Assembly (NCBI RefSeq): GCF_036588685.1
Contig: NC_086376.1
Coordinates: forward strand, 58,094,001 to 58,158,000
Length of the DNA: 64,000 nt
Direction of reading: 5' to 3'
Source: Mytilus trossulus
Taxonomy: Eukaryota
Below the pieces are notes generated by a model that did no database searches, was not told where the DNA came from, and worked only from the letters and a program-made list of their open reading frames with translations. How positions within the stretch are numbered: position 1 is the first letter of the stretch; every line of letters begins with the position of its first letter. This document shows positions 47,475 through 61,755 of the stretch, piece by piece. A program made the position numbers and the translations under genes.

Positions 47475-47626
47475 GATGATTTTCATTTCATATTGTTGAT
47501 TATCCAATTTTAGATGGTTACGTTCTATTGTCACCTTTTTATGGTGTTAGTATATCTTAACTTGTTAGATTCGCTCGTGTGTGTTAGATTTTAACGAAAG
47601 AGATATTTGTATTACTGAAAAATTAA
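47475..47626 (+). pseudogene. Degraded fragment of a Penelope-like element reverse transcriptase (C-terminal part)
   Basis: With frameshifts and one stop it reads DDF.FHIVDYPILDGYVLLSPFYGVSIS*LVRFARVC..LDFNERDICITEKL, matching the PLE motif DDFxFxIVNxPxLxxxxPxxPxYGVYISQLxRxARxC. Confidence 0.75.
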
Positions 47627-50600
47627 GGTTAACACCAGGTTAATGGTGACATCGTACTCGGGCATCTTTTAAACTGTGTGTTACTATGCGTATTGTTTTG
47701 TGTTTGTTTTCCTACATTGGCTAGAGGTGATAGGGGGGATTGAAATCTCACAAGCGAATAAAACTTGTCTTTTAACTGTAGCAAACGAAGCTCTCAATTG
47801 TAAATAAAAGGCTGTTTCGACACTTTTGCCAGTTGGTATACGATATGAAAAAATTATAATTACTGCTGCTTTTAATTTGTACAAATGAAACTATTTTTTC
47901 GGGTCAAGTTCAATAACAAATTCAGATTTACATCTTAGGCATTTACGATAATAAATAGAGTCCCTAAATTTTCTACCAAACATTGGAAGTTATTGGAATA
48001 AGACGAACAATTACCCTGCGACTTTTTGGAGAACTCATGATATTTGAGATTTGAACAAGTATTAAAAATTGATGTTTCCTTTAAATCTACATGTAGATAT
48101 TGTAAATGCATTAACTATTCTAATGAGGGATCACTAAAATCATATGTTTTAAATAATATGAATTTGTGAAACCAATAACAATGATTCGAAATAAAACATA
48201 CACATTAAAGGGATGATTAAATTTATTTTAGAATGCACAGTATCTTTGATATTAAATCATTAAATTGCCTTTATTTTCGGATTTATTACATGATTAGAAA
48301 TGTAAAGTTTTTGGATGAAATTGAGATTTAAAAAACGAGTGACATTATCAATATCGCATGATAAAGGTAAATACATTTGAGTCGTGGTTAAGTCTACTAA
48401 CCTGCTTGACAGTCAGTACATCATTTGATAAGAACCTTTTACGTTAATCATACTCATTACTTATACGGCCTTATATATTTACTGGACATTGTAATAAGTT
48501 GTTTTTATTGTTGTTTACCAGCAATTCCACGATATTAATTCTACGAATTTTGTTGTTGTTACAAAATGTTTACAAAGAGGGATTACGTCTGTGTTCTTCA
48601 ATAACCTCCGTGCTTGGATTAGAAAACCCCCTAAAAAGGTCATAGTTGGTGTAAATAAAATGAAACATTGGGTACATGTCCATGAGAAAGCAAACATAAA
48701 ACACAAAAAACTAAACGACATGAGTTCAAAATGCGTATAATTCGTTTAAGATTTATTTCTGTTCAAATTGCAAAATCTCAAATAAATTGAGACAAACACT
48801 GGAAAGATCTCCAACGACTGAAATGTTTGCCTTCGTTCCTGTTGATGGTAAATTACGAAATGCGTTTCAGACGCATATAATTGATAATTTGTAAGGTTAT
48901 TTTCCTTTTTCACTTCCTTTATCTATCTGATGGGATACATAAACTACATTTTTGTGGAGGTACATGATATTCTAGTTTTTTTGGGGTCATTTCTTTAAAC
49001 CTTTCATTTCAAAGAACAAAATTACTGATATAACTTATTTAGATGGATAATTCTCAATACAAAGGAGACAAATAATATTAGTTAACAATATATCATCAGT
49101 TTATTGAGGTATAAAACGGACAACATCGGATAGAGGAATCATTTAAATTAACTTGACCTCCACAATCAGGAAAAGTGGAACTGTTCAAAGTATATTGAAA
49201 GTTCAATTTTAGTATCAAAGTTCTCAGCAACATGAAGAACATGACGTATGCTTATTAATCTGCAATCATATCAGTATCGAATAATCAAGTAAATAGTGAT
49301 TAAATGTAAAAGAAACAACCTTCCGGAAATTTGGCATGATAAAACGTTTAGGAGCCAAACCAGTAACCTTCGTTGAACAACATTCAATGTAAGGTGTCAA
49401 TTAATATTTAAAACAACTGATACCTGACAACAACAAAAACTGGTTAACCAAAGATTGTCGGATTTTACCTTCTATATGTGTTTATGAGCAGCTTATGTTA
49501 CAGATAGGTTAAAGAATAAGACACAACACCTTTTAGCAAATGAGCAGGTGGCAGAAAGATTTGTACGTGACGGGTAGTTTAGATACTCTCTGTGTTATAA
49601 ATTGTATGGAAGGGCAAAACGTTGATTATATTTGCGCGTACCATGAAATATTTTTTCTTACCATACCAAAGGGTCGACAAAAGTTGTTTCAGAACCTGAA
49701 CTGATTATATTATTTTTGTTTTTTTGCCACCATTGTATGACAATACAATGTTTATGATCAGGATTATGCACAGTTAACATTAACTATTTACTTTCACATC
49801 ATTTGTTTACTTGGCGACGTTAAACAGTTTTTATGGCTTGATAGTCTTTTTTGTACACAACTGTGACTCTGGACAGAATTGGAATTACAAATAGGGAAAT
49901 ACAATTTTAATAAATACCAGTACATAAAACTCAAATGCATACTTAGACCCTAAACATCTATCGCTATATGTGAAAATAAAACTATAATGAATTTTCATTT
50001 TATCGTCACACGGTTAGCAACAGTAATAATTTAATTTTAAGAATCGTCTAATCTACATTTTTTACGTTTCCTGTTATTCATGCTGTCCTAATAATTCTAA
50101 TATCAACGAACGGGAAATAAGTCATAAATGTAACAAATTAAAACAGAAACAACCAATGCAATCAGTAGAAAACAGATAACAAAACAAAAAAGACAGACAC
50201 AGTGTATATATCTTACATACGCAACGAACAAAGGAGGATGAATTGATCTCAAAGAGAAATATTTATGTGAAGAAAAGGTCATGAGAACACTAATTGATAT
50301 TTAGCCATACACGGTAATGATTAAATGGAATCGCGATATTGAATGTTATGTTTTTCTTCTCACCTCACCAGAACATTCATTTTTGTTATTGGATATTTCT
50401 TAAAATCGGTATATGATACGTTTTCTACGATGTGTTTTGTGTACTGTTTTTTCTGGCTTTTAAAAAAAAATAGAATCAGACATACCGTTGTCAGTTAATG
50501 TTCAACGTACGAGTTTAAATGTCCCTTTGGTACCTGTTGCCTTTATTTTAATTCGATTTAGGTGTATCAATAAAATGTGTAAACTGATTAGCCCATTTTT

Positions 50601-52791
50601 GTTGGTCCCGTGACTTCTAAAATAAAAATAAAAATAATCGAAATAAAGTAGTATTCTTCAGATGTTCATAATACATAGGTCTTTCTGATATATATTCCTA
50701 TAGTTTTGAGTTTGTCTCTTCCGCATTGCATAAACATTTCGAACTGCATCCATTATATGCAGGACTTGGGAAAAGACCGTCGAAATAGAACTCCTTTATG
50801 AGCTTGGAAATAAACGTCAAAAAAAAAATACGAGCAAAGAGGGATGTTTAACGTCAAGAGAGTTTATTTACAGATGTTAAAGGTGGATACAACCTTGTGT
50901 CATTTTGTGTTTTCTCTGTAAGTATACAATATCCGTTTCAGATGAAACTGAGCTAGAAGATACAAAATCACGATACTATGGCGTAATACATGTTTTATAG
51001 CCTATTTATTGCAATGATGTTTTCTGGTCTGTCCCGCTTCAGGTTAACGTTTTTGGTCGAGGTAGATTTTGATGAAGTTGAAGTCCAATTATCTTCAAAA
51101 CTAAGTATACATGATACTTATGACATTATTGTTGGAAATCACACACAGAAGAGAACGTTAACGTAACGTGGCGTTATTGTGTAGCCAACGTCGTTTACTT
51201 ATGACCTTATCTTATACTTCAGTCATCAATTCTAATTCATACAGTTTAGACGTCTTTCCTATTACATATCCAGTTTTAGTAAAACCGATTTACGATAATT
51301 ATCTTTCTAATTTTAATGCCAGATTATAGTTTTTTCCCCATTTATATGGTCCACTTAACATAGAAAATGATAATACGAGTGGGACATCCGTGTACTTGAG
51401 ACACATTCTTGTTATTGATACATTAATTGAGATTACATTATATAGATAACAAAATGACTTCAAATTGCCAGATGATACCCTACTGTTCTTAAATTATTTT
51501 CATATCTTTCTGAAGTAACTTACGAATTCAACTTTGTAGCGTGTCCTTATGTTAAATATGTATCTTTTATACTACCCCCTATGACAGTTATAAAGGTAAT
51601 AAATACATATTCTTCTCTGTTTTGTTAAAAGTAGACATAAAACAATTGAAGTGAAAATGAGATATTAGATTGGGAAGCATAATTATGTAAGGAAATTCAA
51701 GAAAGAAATCCCCACAAAGGTTATTACTGTATGATCCAGGCTATATACAAAGTCATGAATATTTTATATTCATGGTTTGTGCAATATTACGTCGACATGT
51801 ATACAGCAATAGTCAGCGGATGTCAAATATATATGAATAGGCACCCTAGATAACAAACATTATATAGTTATTGTATTCATAGTAAACTTTCTAAAAAATA
51901 CCTGAATTTAATAACGTTGCTAAAGAGGTATATTTTTTTTAGAGCCTTAAATGAACTTTTCTTTTAAAAATGTATGTTTCAAATAAATCTTAGCTGGAAT
52001 GTGTCTATACAATTTACTAGGAAGTAATCTTCACAAAAATTAAAGCTCTATAAGCCATGATGTATACAAAGTCATGAATATTTCTTGGCAGTTTATTTTA
52101 TCTCAATTATGATTTTTCCCGTAAAGTGTTGCTGTTCAATATTTACCGATACAATTCACAATATCATTTTTACTGTTATTGTAGTAAATTGGTTAATGTT
52201 CGAATGAATTCTTAAAAGCCGAACGTCAACAGCATGCAATTATATTGAAAACATGCGGATCGATTCCTTTAGAGCGGACGATAAAATTTCAGTTACACGT
52301 CGTGTCGTATCAGTGATTTTCATATGATTTCCTATTTTAGTTCAATTTATTAGTTTGTTTTGCATATTTTCTTTGCGACGGATCAATGTCTTATGATTAA
52401 GTAACATTTCTGCGTTAAGATGACAACTTTGTCTGGTGACACAGACAAGTATCGTGTTACTTACATGATTACAACATATGTCTAACGCTGCGTATAATAT
52501 GAAGTTTGTTCTTTATGGATTTGGTGTTATTTCTTTTAAAACACTTTATTTTTACTTATACGTTAAAAATGCCTTTCTACAAATGATATTGGTTAACATG
52601 AATTAGTTATTGATAGTATTACATCCAACAACCCAGATTGACGACATAAATCTGAAAAGATCCAAATTATGCAACACCGATTTTTATCATTTCCTTTGTA
52701 CCTAATTCGATATGAGAATGTTTTTCCCCCAAATTTTAACACTGTAAGGAAAAGGGTAATATGTTACAAGGGTATATTTCAAACTTATCAG

Positions 52792-52823
<32 letters not shown>

Positions 52824-52849
52824 TACCATTGCTTTATGATTTTCTTTTA

Positions 52850-53320
52850 GTAATCTTGTCTTTCATTTTTGTTAATATGCTTTGTTTTTATATTCCTTTT
52901 TGTGTTTCTTGGTTACAAACGAGGTGGCTCTGTACTTAAACATCCCTCCAATTTGTTATTGTGCCATGGTAAATGTTTTTTTTGCATATATGTTTGTTTT
53001 ATAGTGATAACGATCAAAACACGATGTTGACTGCTGTAACCTTTTTGGACATTTTTTACCAATCATGTCTGTTTGTTTTGTTCACACATAGTTGTCAATT
53101 GAATAGAATTTGATGCGATTTTCATACAAGTGAGAGGTTTAGCTAGCTATAAAATCAGGTTGAAATCACTATTTTCTACATAAGTAAATGCCTGTACCAA
53201 GTCAGGAATATGACGATTGATGTCCACTTGTTTGAGCTTTTGATTTTGTCATTTGATTTAGGATTTTCCGTTTTGAAATTTTCTCGGTGTTCAGTATATT
53301 TGTGAATTTGCCTTTTTAGC
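52850..53320 (+). mobile_element. Dispersed SINE-like repeat fragment (Nin-domain-like core gcctgtaccaagtcaggaatatgac)
   Basis: Reverse-complement homologues occur in this window at ~45545-45663, ~47128-47460 and ~61535-61755. Family label is from recall. Confidence 0.65.
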
Positions 53321-53670
53321 AGCAACGACAGACAAAAGTCAATACTATAAGGAAAACATTCGACCGAGCTAAAAGCTTCCTACCAGCCAGAATTATATTT
53401 AACAAAGCGAACCTAATCAGCAAACATAAGATAGAGTAAACGAGTCTCTAATAGACATAAGATAGAAATAACTAAAATAAGATTCATTAATAGTAACCCC
53501 ACAAAAAACCCCTTAGAAGATGGATAAATAGGAACCCCATAATGAAGAGAGAGCGTTATACGAAATTCATCAACACACATATTTTTGATTTTTAGAAATG
53601 CGTATCAACCAACAAACATACGATTAAGTAAAACAATTCATACGCATACACGGAATAAACTCATCATATA

Positions 53671-53748
53671 GTCATGTGATTACTGAGTTTTCTGTAAGCA
53701 ATGAAAATTACAAAATCATACATACAGAAATCTCAGTAATCACATGAC
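53671..53748. repeat. Short inverted repeat (26-bp arms), probable MITE remnant
   Basis: gtcatgtgattactgagttttctgta ... tacagaaatctcagtaatcacatgac, one mismatch. No clear TSD. Confidence 0.7.
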
Positions 53749-55914
53749 CAGAGTCACATGGTACAATAAAACAAGTTTAAAGCACATGTCAAATGTTTTT
53801 GTTTTCAATGGAAGGCTGTTACACTACTCACACTTACTCCATTGAGAATTTAGATTAAAAAAATCGAAGTAACATAGAGACCTAATCAGTAACTTTTTTG
53901 ATTATTGGTTCAAAATTATGATAGTCATTATTGAGTTCGTATATATCATAAATTAACATATATGAAGAAATAAATATTTATTTGTAAAAATGAATTTTTA
54001 AGAATGATTTTCTGAAGACTGACTATAACTACCAGGGTGAACATTTTTCACCGCAGACGCGCGTTTCAATTAAAAAAAAAATCACCAGTAACGCTCGAAT
54101 TAAAAATTGAAAAGGTCAAATAAAGTACGAAGGTGAAAACTATTAAAAACCGCCAATTCCGTAAGGTTTAACCTAATACAGAAAACTAATAAAAACACAA
54201 ACACTACTATACCGACACAATAAGATTGAGTGATATGACCAGCTTTTAAAATGATCTGGAGATTCAATAACTCAAACACTAGATACATACACAAAGTGAG
54301 TAACACATAACCATTCAATTATAGAAAATTAAGTTATACGAATTGCGACAACAAACACATGATTTAGTAAATCATATTTGCAACATGGCTTTCATTTTGA
54401 ATGTTGGCGACCATACTTGCGCAATTTATTTGGTTAAGTGAGGACCTTCATTAACCCTCTCTGTATATGATATGTTGAAACTGGGTTTACATTTGTTACA
54501 TAAATTCACTCTTATGTGACGATGTTTTGATCAGCAGATCTAACGGAATTATTTAAGTGTTAAACATTTTAAATATATGTGTTGCGTTAACATATCAGAT
54601 ATTTAATAATAAAATAAAGTACACTACAGCTGGCTGTCTTTGGATGTTTATTGGATTTCAAATTGAAGAGAATTTTATTTCTTTTTCTCTTCTAAAACAT
54701 CAATAAAGATATACAGATTTATTTCTTTTTAACATCAAAGTGGATTTTTATGCTATAAAATACAATAACTTTTAATTTTTTCTCAGTAAAAACTGACAAT
54801 TTTTGTGTCAAAATTTACTTTAAAAATTAACCTACTTATTGCCAATCTATTTAAAAATTATATTTTTTTAATATAAGGAAAAAAGTGAAAAACAAAACAT
54901 TTCAAACTACTATACTTAAAAATAAAGAAATTCAACGCTGAAATAATCGTAATCTGATATAACTTGAATGGTGACCAACGTTCATAGTCATATCAAATAT
55001 GACATGAGTACTACTGTACTATTACATAATAATACGAACAAGTTGCAAGTTGAAATCAGTTTGAATAATGAATAATGAATGTCGAACCAAAATTGTACAA
55101 AAAACCTTTACACTCCTACAAATATTCAATTTTTCATCATTAATTCTTATTCGGAGCAGACTTGCTTTTCACATAGAATTGTTGCGGAATAAAAACTATA
55201 AACCGAGTTACTTTAACCTTTAGTGTAATAAATATTATTGAGTAATAACATATTATGCACAATTCACCATTTACTCATATATTTGACCACGTAAAAGTAA
55301 TAAAAAACTACAACTTACCCTTAAGAGCAGTAATTTACTGTTATAAAACGTTCAGAAGATCAAATAGTCTTTTATTTCTTCACAATATTACATCAAGTCC
55401 GCTTGACAGACGTTTTAGAACCATTTAATACGGTCGTAAAATAATTTGATCAATATGCTTGTTTTTATCAATTCTGCAACAATTGTAACATATGGAATTT
55501 AAGATGAACGAATTGAAATATGTTTTACAAATCCTTAACTCTATTATTATTGATAAACGGCTGTCATAAATATATTTTTATTACATTATTGAAACGATTT
55601 ATTAATTTGAAACACGACGTTAAAGTATTATTTGTACTATTTTAGTTAAGTCTTATAACTATAAATATGCATGGCGAGTTTTCTATTCTTAGGTATAAAA
55701 AATAGAGAAGAAAAGATTTTATTAATGAACAATGTAGAAATCAATCATAACAAGATGTTACCATCTTTAACCTAATGATTTGGGTCATACATTTCATCGC
55801 TTGAATTATGTTTTAAGAAAGACGTGTGACAACATAATATGCAAAAACATAATATAATCTGCGTGGGAACTTAAAGGTAGATAATTAACGACGATGATTC
55901 ATCAGCCTAATCAA

Positions 55915-57860
55915 AGTGAAAGAAAAAAGGTGGAATACCGACGACAACTAAAGCATCAATGTCATAATGAGGGTGTGAAGGTACAATACCGGCGACAGTT
56001 TGAGCATCAATGTCACTATGAGAGTTTGGATATACATCTCTGACGATAGTTTAAACTTAAAATATCAATGCCACAATGAAAGTGTGAAGGTAGAATACTG
56101 ACGACAGTTAATGCATCAATTTCGTAATGAGAGTATAAAGATATAATACCGATTATAGTTAAAGCATTAAAGGTATTATGAGAAGTCAAACACAGTATAA
56201 AAACCAATTTTTGGAGAATATGAAGATAGAATACCGACGACATTCAGAGCAATGAAACCATCATAATCGTAATATGAATGTAGAATACTGACGACACTTA
56301 AAGCATCAATGCCAAAATGGGATTGTGGAGGTACAATACCGACGACAAATACAGCATCAATGTCACAGTGAGAGTGTGAAGGTACAATACCGACGACATT
56401 ATAGCATCTATGTCACAATGAGAGTGTGCAGGTACAATACCGACGACATTTATAGCATCAATGTCACAATGAGAGTGTGACGGTACAATACCGACGACAT
56501 TTATAGCATCAATGTCACAATGAGAGTGTAAAGGTACAATACCGACGATATTATAGCATCAATGTCACAATGAGAGTGTGAAGGTACAATACCGACGACA
56601 TTTATAGCATCAATATCACAATGAGAGTGTGAAGGTACAATACCGACGACATTATAGCATCTATGTCACAATGAGAGTGTGCAGGTACAATACCGACGAC
56701 ATTTATAGCATCAATGTAACAATGAGAGTGTGAAGGTACAATACCGACGACATTTATAGCATCAATGTCACAATGATATGGTGAAGGTACAATACCGACG
56801 ACAGTAATAGTATCAATGTCACAATGAGAGTGTGAAGGTAGATTACCGACGACAGTTTGAGCATTAATTTCATAAAGGGAGTATAAATATAGAATACCAA
56901 TTATAGTTAAAGCATTAATAAAAAGTCAAACAATGACTGAAAATCATTATTAGGAGAATATGAAATTAGAATTCAGTCGACAGTTAAAGCATTAACGTTA
57001 ACGTTATGAGAATATGAGAAAACATCATAATCGAAATATGAATGTAGAATACTAACGACACTTAAATCATCAATGTCACAATGAGAGTGTGAAGGTAGAA
57101 TACCGACGACATTTATAGCATCAATGTAACAATGAGAGTGTGAAGGTACAATACCGACGACATTTATAGCATCAATGTCAAAATGAGAGTGAAGGGAGAA
57201 TACCGACAACAGTTGAAGCATTAATGTCACCATTACGAGAATACGAAGGTTGAATACCGACGACAATTAAAGCATAATTCTTATGATGAGAATATGAAGG
57301 GGGAGAATACCGACAACAGTTAAAACATCAATGTCATAATGGAAGTGTGAAGGTAGAATACCGACGACATTTATAGCATCAATGTAACAATGAGAGTGTG
57401 AAGGTACAATACCGACGACATTTATAGCATCAATGTCAAAATGAGAGTGAAGGGAGAATACCGACAACAGTTGAAGCATTAATGTCACCATTACGAGAAT
57501 ACGAAGGTTGAATACCGACGACAATTAAAGCATAATTCTTATGATGAGAATATGAAGGGGGAGAATACCGACAACAGTTAAAACATCAATGTCATAATGG
57601 AAGTGTTAAGGGAGAATACGACGACAGTGGAAGCATCAAGGTCATCATTATGAGAATACGAAGGTAACATACCGACGACAGTTAAAGCAGCAACTAAACA
57701 TTATGACAATACGGAGATAGAATACTGACGATAGCTAAAGCCTCAATGTTACCATGATAAGAATATGAAGGTAGAATACCGACGTCAGTTAAATCATCAA
57801 TGTTGTCGTTATGAAAATATGAAGATAGAATGACGACAATAGTTAAAACATCCAAGTCAT
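55915..57860. repeat. ~1.9-kb 50-51 bp minisatellite with higher-order repeats
   Basis: Unit gaaggtacaataccgacgacatttatagcatcaatgtcacaatgagagtgt; homogeneous block ~56330-56850; 258-bp higher-order duplication starting at 57091 and 57349. Confidence 0.93.
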
Positions 57861-60800
57861 CATTAGAATATCTCATTACATCCTAGACCAAAGAAAATTC
57901 AAGCATCACAAGTTATCGGTATTTTTAAAGATAACAAGGGGGTATTTATTATGTCATACTTTCCTTCTTACATGTAGGTAGCTTTATGTGTTATTAATAT
58001 AAATGACAATAAAGGAAAATCACCTTTAACATTTTAAAAATAATTAGAAAATCAGTTATTCAAGAATTAGTTTAATAAGTGTATAATTTATTCTATCTAT
58101 GGCATTGTATTCTTCTGTATATGTAGATAAAATATACCAGATCAGATACGATAAATTTTATATGCAATGTCTTTGACGTCGCAAATTGTTTAAATCGCAG
58201 AGGAGTATCACTACAAGATATATTTATAATCTGAAGTTATTGCAGCTGTTGGACTGGAAAATAACAGATTGCATTGCAACTAATGAATGAATAATGACAG
58301 CAGTAGTATAACATGGTATACCGCTGTTTAAAAGTCATAAAATGATTCAGAGAGAACAAATCCGTGTTAAAAACCAAATCGAGAGTAACACTTCAAATAT
58401 AAGAGGAACACACTCGACGCGCTAAATACTGTTTCTCAAATCAACACATTTATCATTGACTTTTTTCTTGGGTATATAATTATTAGTGACAAAACCTTTC
58501 GTCTTTTACAGAAAAACATATAGCACTTTCCTGATCTTAAGAATTTGTTTCGTTTAAAATTTAAATTTCTAGATTATAGAATCTTAGATTTTTTTAAGTT
58601 TAAAAAGTTGAAACATACTTTCTATTTGTTGCTTATGACCTTTGTAGGGGTAGATCAGAACACGTGCCAATATTTTCTTTCATCCCTTTGACAAAGGAAT
58701 CAATCATATACTGATTTCTCAAATAACTGCACATTGTTTCATGTCGCCAATTTATCTGTTAAGTAATCACACTTAATCTTTAGATCTATAATTAATGTTT
58801 TCACAAGAATGATTAAGAATATGAAAATTGATTTTCCCTATGCTTAGAATATTTATAAATCTTATGAAAACACAAAACCAACGCAGATGTTAGTTTACAT
58901 GAAAAGTTTTGTTTCGTTAGGTCTATGTAAACAAATTTGAATGGTAATACAAACAAATCTACTTGAGTTTGTATTTTTTGTTAAATAAATACAATAAAGA
59001 AATAACTTTTAGCTAACCTTACATGCTTAATAAAAATAATCATACAATTATTAATCATAAGTTTAAACAATAATAATGGCCGATACATTATTTACAACCG
59101 TTCAAAATGACGAGTTTTATGAATGAATGGACATATAAGTGCACAATAAAGTTACATAATACATTCAGCTGTTGTATTGTTTAAAAAAAAAACAGGAAAA
59201 AAGCACATGAATCATTGTAATCACAAACACATATTACTTTTTTATGTATTTTATTTAAAGTACAGCTATCGAATATAAACCTTTCTCCAAAAATGAACAA
59301 ACAAAAGTGTTTTCTTTGCATTTTTTCTTTGAATGGTATTGTTGAATGTCTTAAGTTCAAGACGACCCCTTCAACCAGTTAAATTTCGTTTTGAACTTAC
59401 AACCGGGGTAATTGGCACTTTAATACAGCTGCATGCTATTATACTATTTACCCTATGACAATGTACTTAATTAGAATTCAAGAAAAATTGATAACATGCC
59501 TTTACAATGTGAACATAACTTTTGCATTTAAATACGGTATAAGATAAGTTTGAAATTATGTTCATATAAATTAATATAGCATTATTTATCCCATGGGTAC
59601 AATAACTGTTATTCAGTTCAATGTAATACTAAAATGAGTAGTCAAGTTATTGATCAAGGTTTGTATATGTCGATTTATAATTGATTAAATACACCATTCC
59701 CACTTGTAATACATATGTTATAGTCTGGAAAACTGTTTTACATACTTTTTATACGAAATGTGACAATACCTAAAGGGTCATTTAGTTCTAAAGAACATCA
59801 AGTACGTTTCCATTGATGTTTCTTGCATTCACATTTTGTTCAGTTTTATTTATAGAAGGCGAGGTTGCAAAGAAAAGTGTATGCAACCGAAAATAGTTTT
59901 CAGCATAACACAATTGAGGCTATGTGTAAGGCATTTTGAACATTTTATGAACGTTCAACTGTACAAGGCTAAAATATAATGCAACATGCGTGTTGAGCTT
60001 TTATATTCTCCTTATTATATTGTCATGTTTTAAAAAGCGTCAATGAACATCAATTCCTGTGACAGAAATGTTGCTACAAATTTTATATAAACGATATGTA
60101 AGAATACATTAATTTATGTGTTTAATTGAGTATTTTATACTGCATGTACTGTTAGCTTAATATCCAGTGGTATTATTTTATGTATTTGTAGAACCTGGGT
60201 TTTTTTTATCAACAAGAACGAAATATCATGATGTCTTACCAAGAGCGGTTTTGTTCATGTCCAATGGAAAGTATATTAAGAGCCTGATTTTTTTTATCAA
60301 CAAGAACACAAGTCATGCTATCTTACCAACAGTAGATCAGTTTTACCAGGAAGTGATATATTTTTCTAGTGATATGATATCAATAGAAATATAAAAAGTT
60401 ATGTTCTCCATAGAGAAGGACGATAAATGTTTAGTTTTCTCTCTTACGGGTTGCAATTCCTTTTCGTTTGTGTTTATTCGTTATCGAAGCTATTCATTCA
60501 GCATTCAATGGTAATACTTCTTTTAACACGAACATTAACTAGGGAATGGCTTTCATGAGTCTTTTTTACGTCACCAGAAACCATCCTAGATATAATAGTA
60601 GATATGCAAATAGTGAACGAACAGAAATATACACTGCTAAAAGAACTATTTAAAATACTTAAATGGAAGGTTTTGACAAACCGTCTATTTATGGGAGTAC
60701 ACCCACACATGCATGTAGTCTTTTTGCATATAATATATTTTTTATATATAAACAAAAAATATTTAACATGAAACCAGCATACTATATTTAAAGAAAAAAG

Positions 60801-61534
60801 TTCCATATTCCAAAGGGTTAATTTCAGATCATACCAGAACTAACTTTAAGCAAAGAATAAAGATATGAATTAAAATTTTATGATGTATATAACGAACAAA
60901 TGTTGCAATTACATTGTATGCATTGTAGTTCTCAACAATAAAACTTGTTTAATTCTTGACAAACAATTATATAACACTTTAGATTATTGATAAACTTAGA
61001 GGTTAATAATAATACGGGGTGTTATTTCTTAATTGTCAAAGTTGAACACGTTTATCTCATATTGACATTTCAATAATTTTGCAAAGAGAAAACTACCAAA
61101 CCACAAAACAATGAAACAAAAGTTTACATCAAGAACAGGAAAAAGTTGAAAACAACAGCAAATCAAATTAAAGAAGTCTTAAGACTTTCAATCATTTGGT
61201 CGTTGAATTGCTGTCCCATTCATGAATCACAGACAAGAAAAACAGATAAAAAACCAAGACACATTTAGATAAGGGAGAGATTATCTACAAGCCATATTTG
61301 TTTTTTACTAAATTGACCCGTTAAGAGCTCACAAAAAGTTATACATCAAGAAGAAAAGTATCTTGATTATCTTTGAAGGAGAACAGATCTGATTAATTGA
61401 TTGCTGCTTCCATAATGGTCAACGGGCTTAATAGTTGTGAAATATGTGCACATAAACAACCAAGAAAAAGGAAATTTTATGACAGTGTGACAGAGCATGA
61501 CACAAAAAGTAGTTATAAATGTAGAGGGGGAAAA

Positions 61535-61755
61535 CAAAAATACTGAACTCCAAGAAAAATTCAAAAAGTAAAGCTTCTTCTCAAATCGCAAAATCAAATG
61601 CTCAAATACATCAAACGAATGTATAACAACTGTCATATTCCTGAGTTGTTACAGGCATTATTTTATGTAGAACATGTTGTATTAAACCTGGTTATATAGG
61701 TAGCTAAACCTTTCATTTTGTTGACAGGTGACTAAAATTCCATTATATTGACACA
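61535..61755 (-). mobile_element. Diverged copy of the same SINE-like repeat
   Basis: aaaaatactgaactccaagaaaaattcaaa...caactgtcatattcctgagttgttacaggca...attaaacctggttatatag. Confidence 0.65.

Noticed and set aside
55915-57860. CRISPR array or genuine repeat-protein genes (ORFs 56016-57876)
   Set aside because: No unique spacers; 50/51-bp length variants and stops break the frames, so the ORFs are repeat artefacts.
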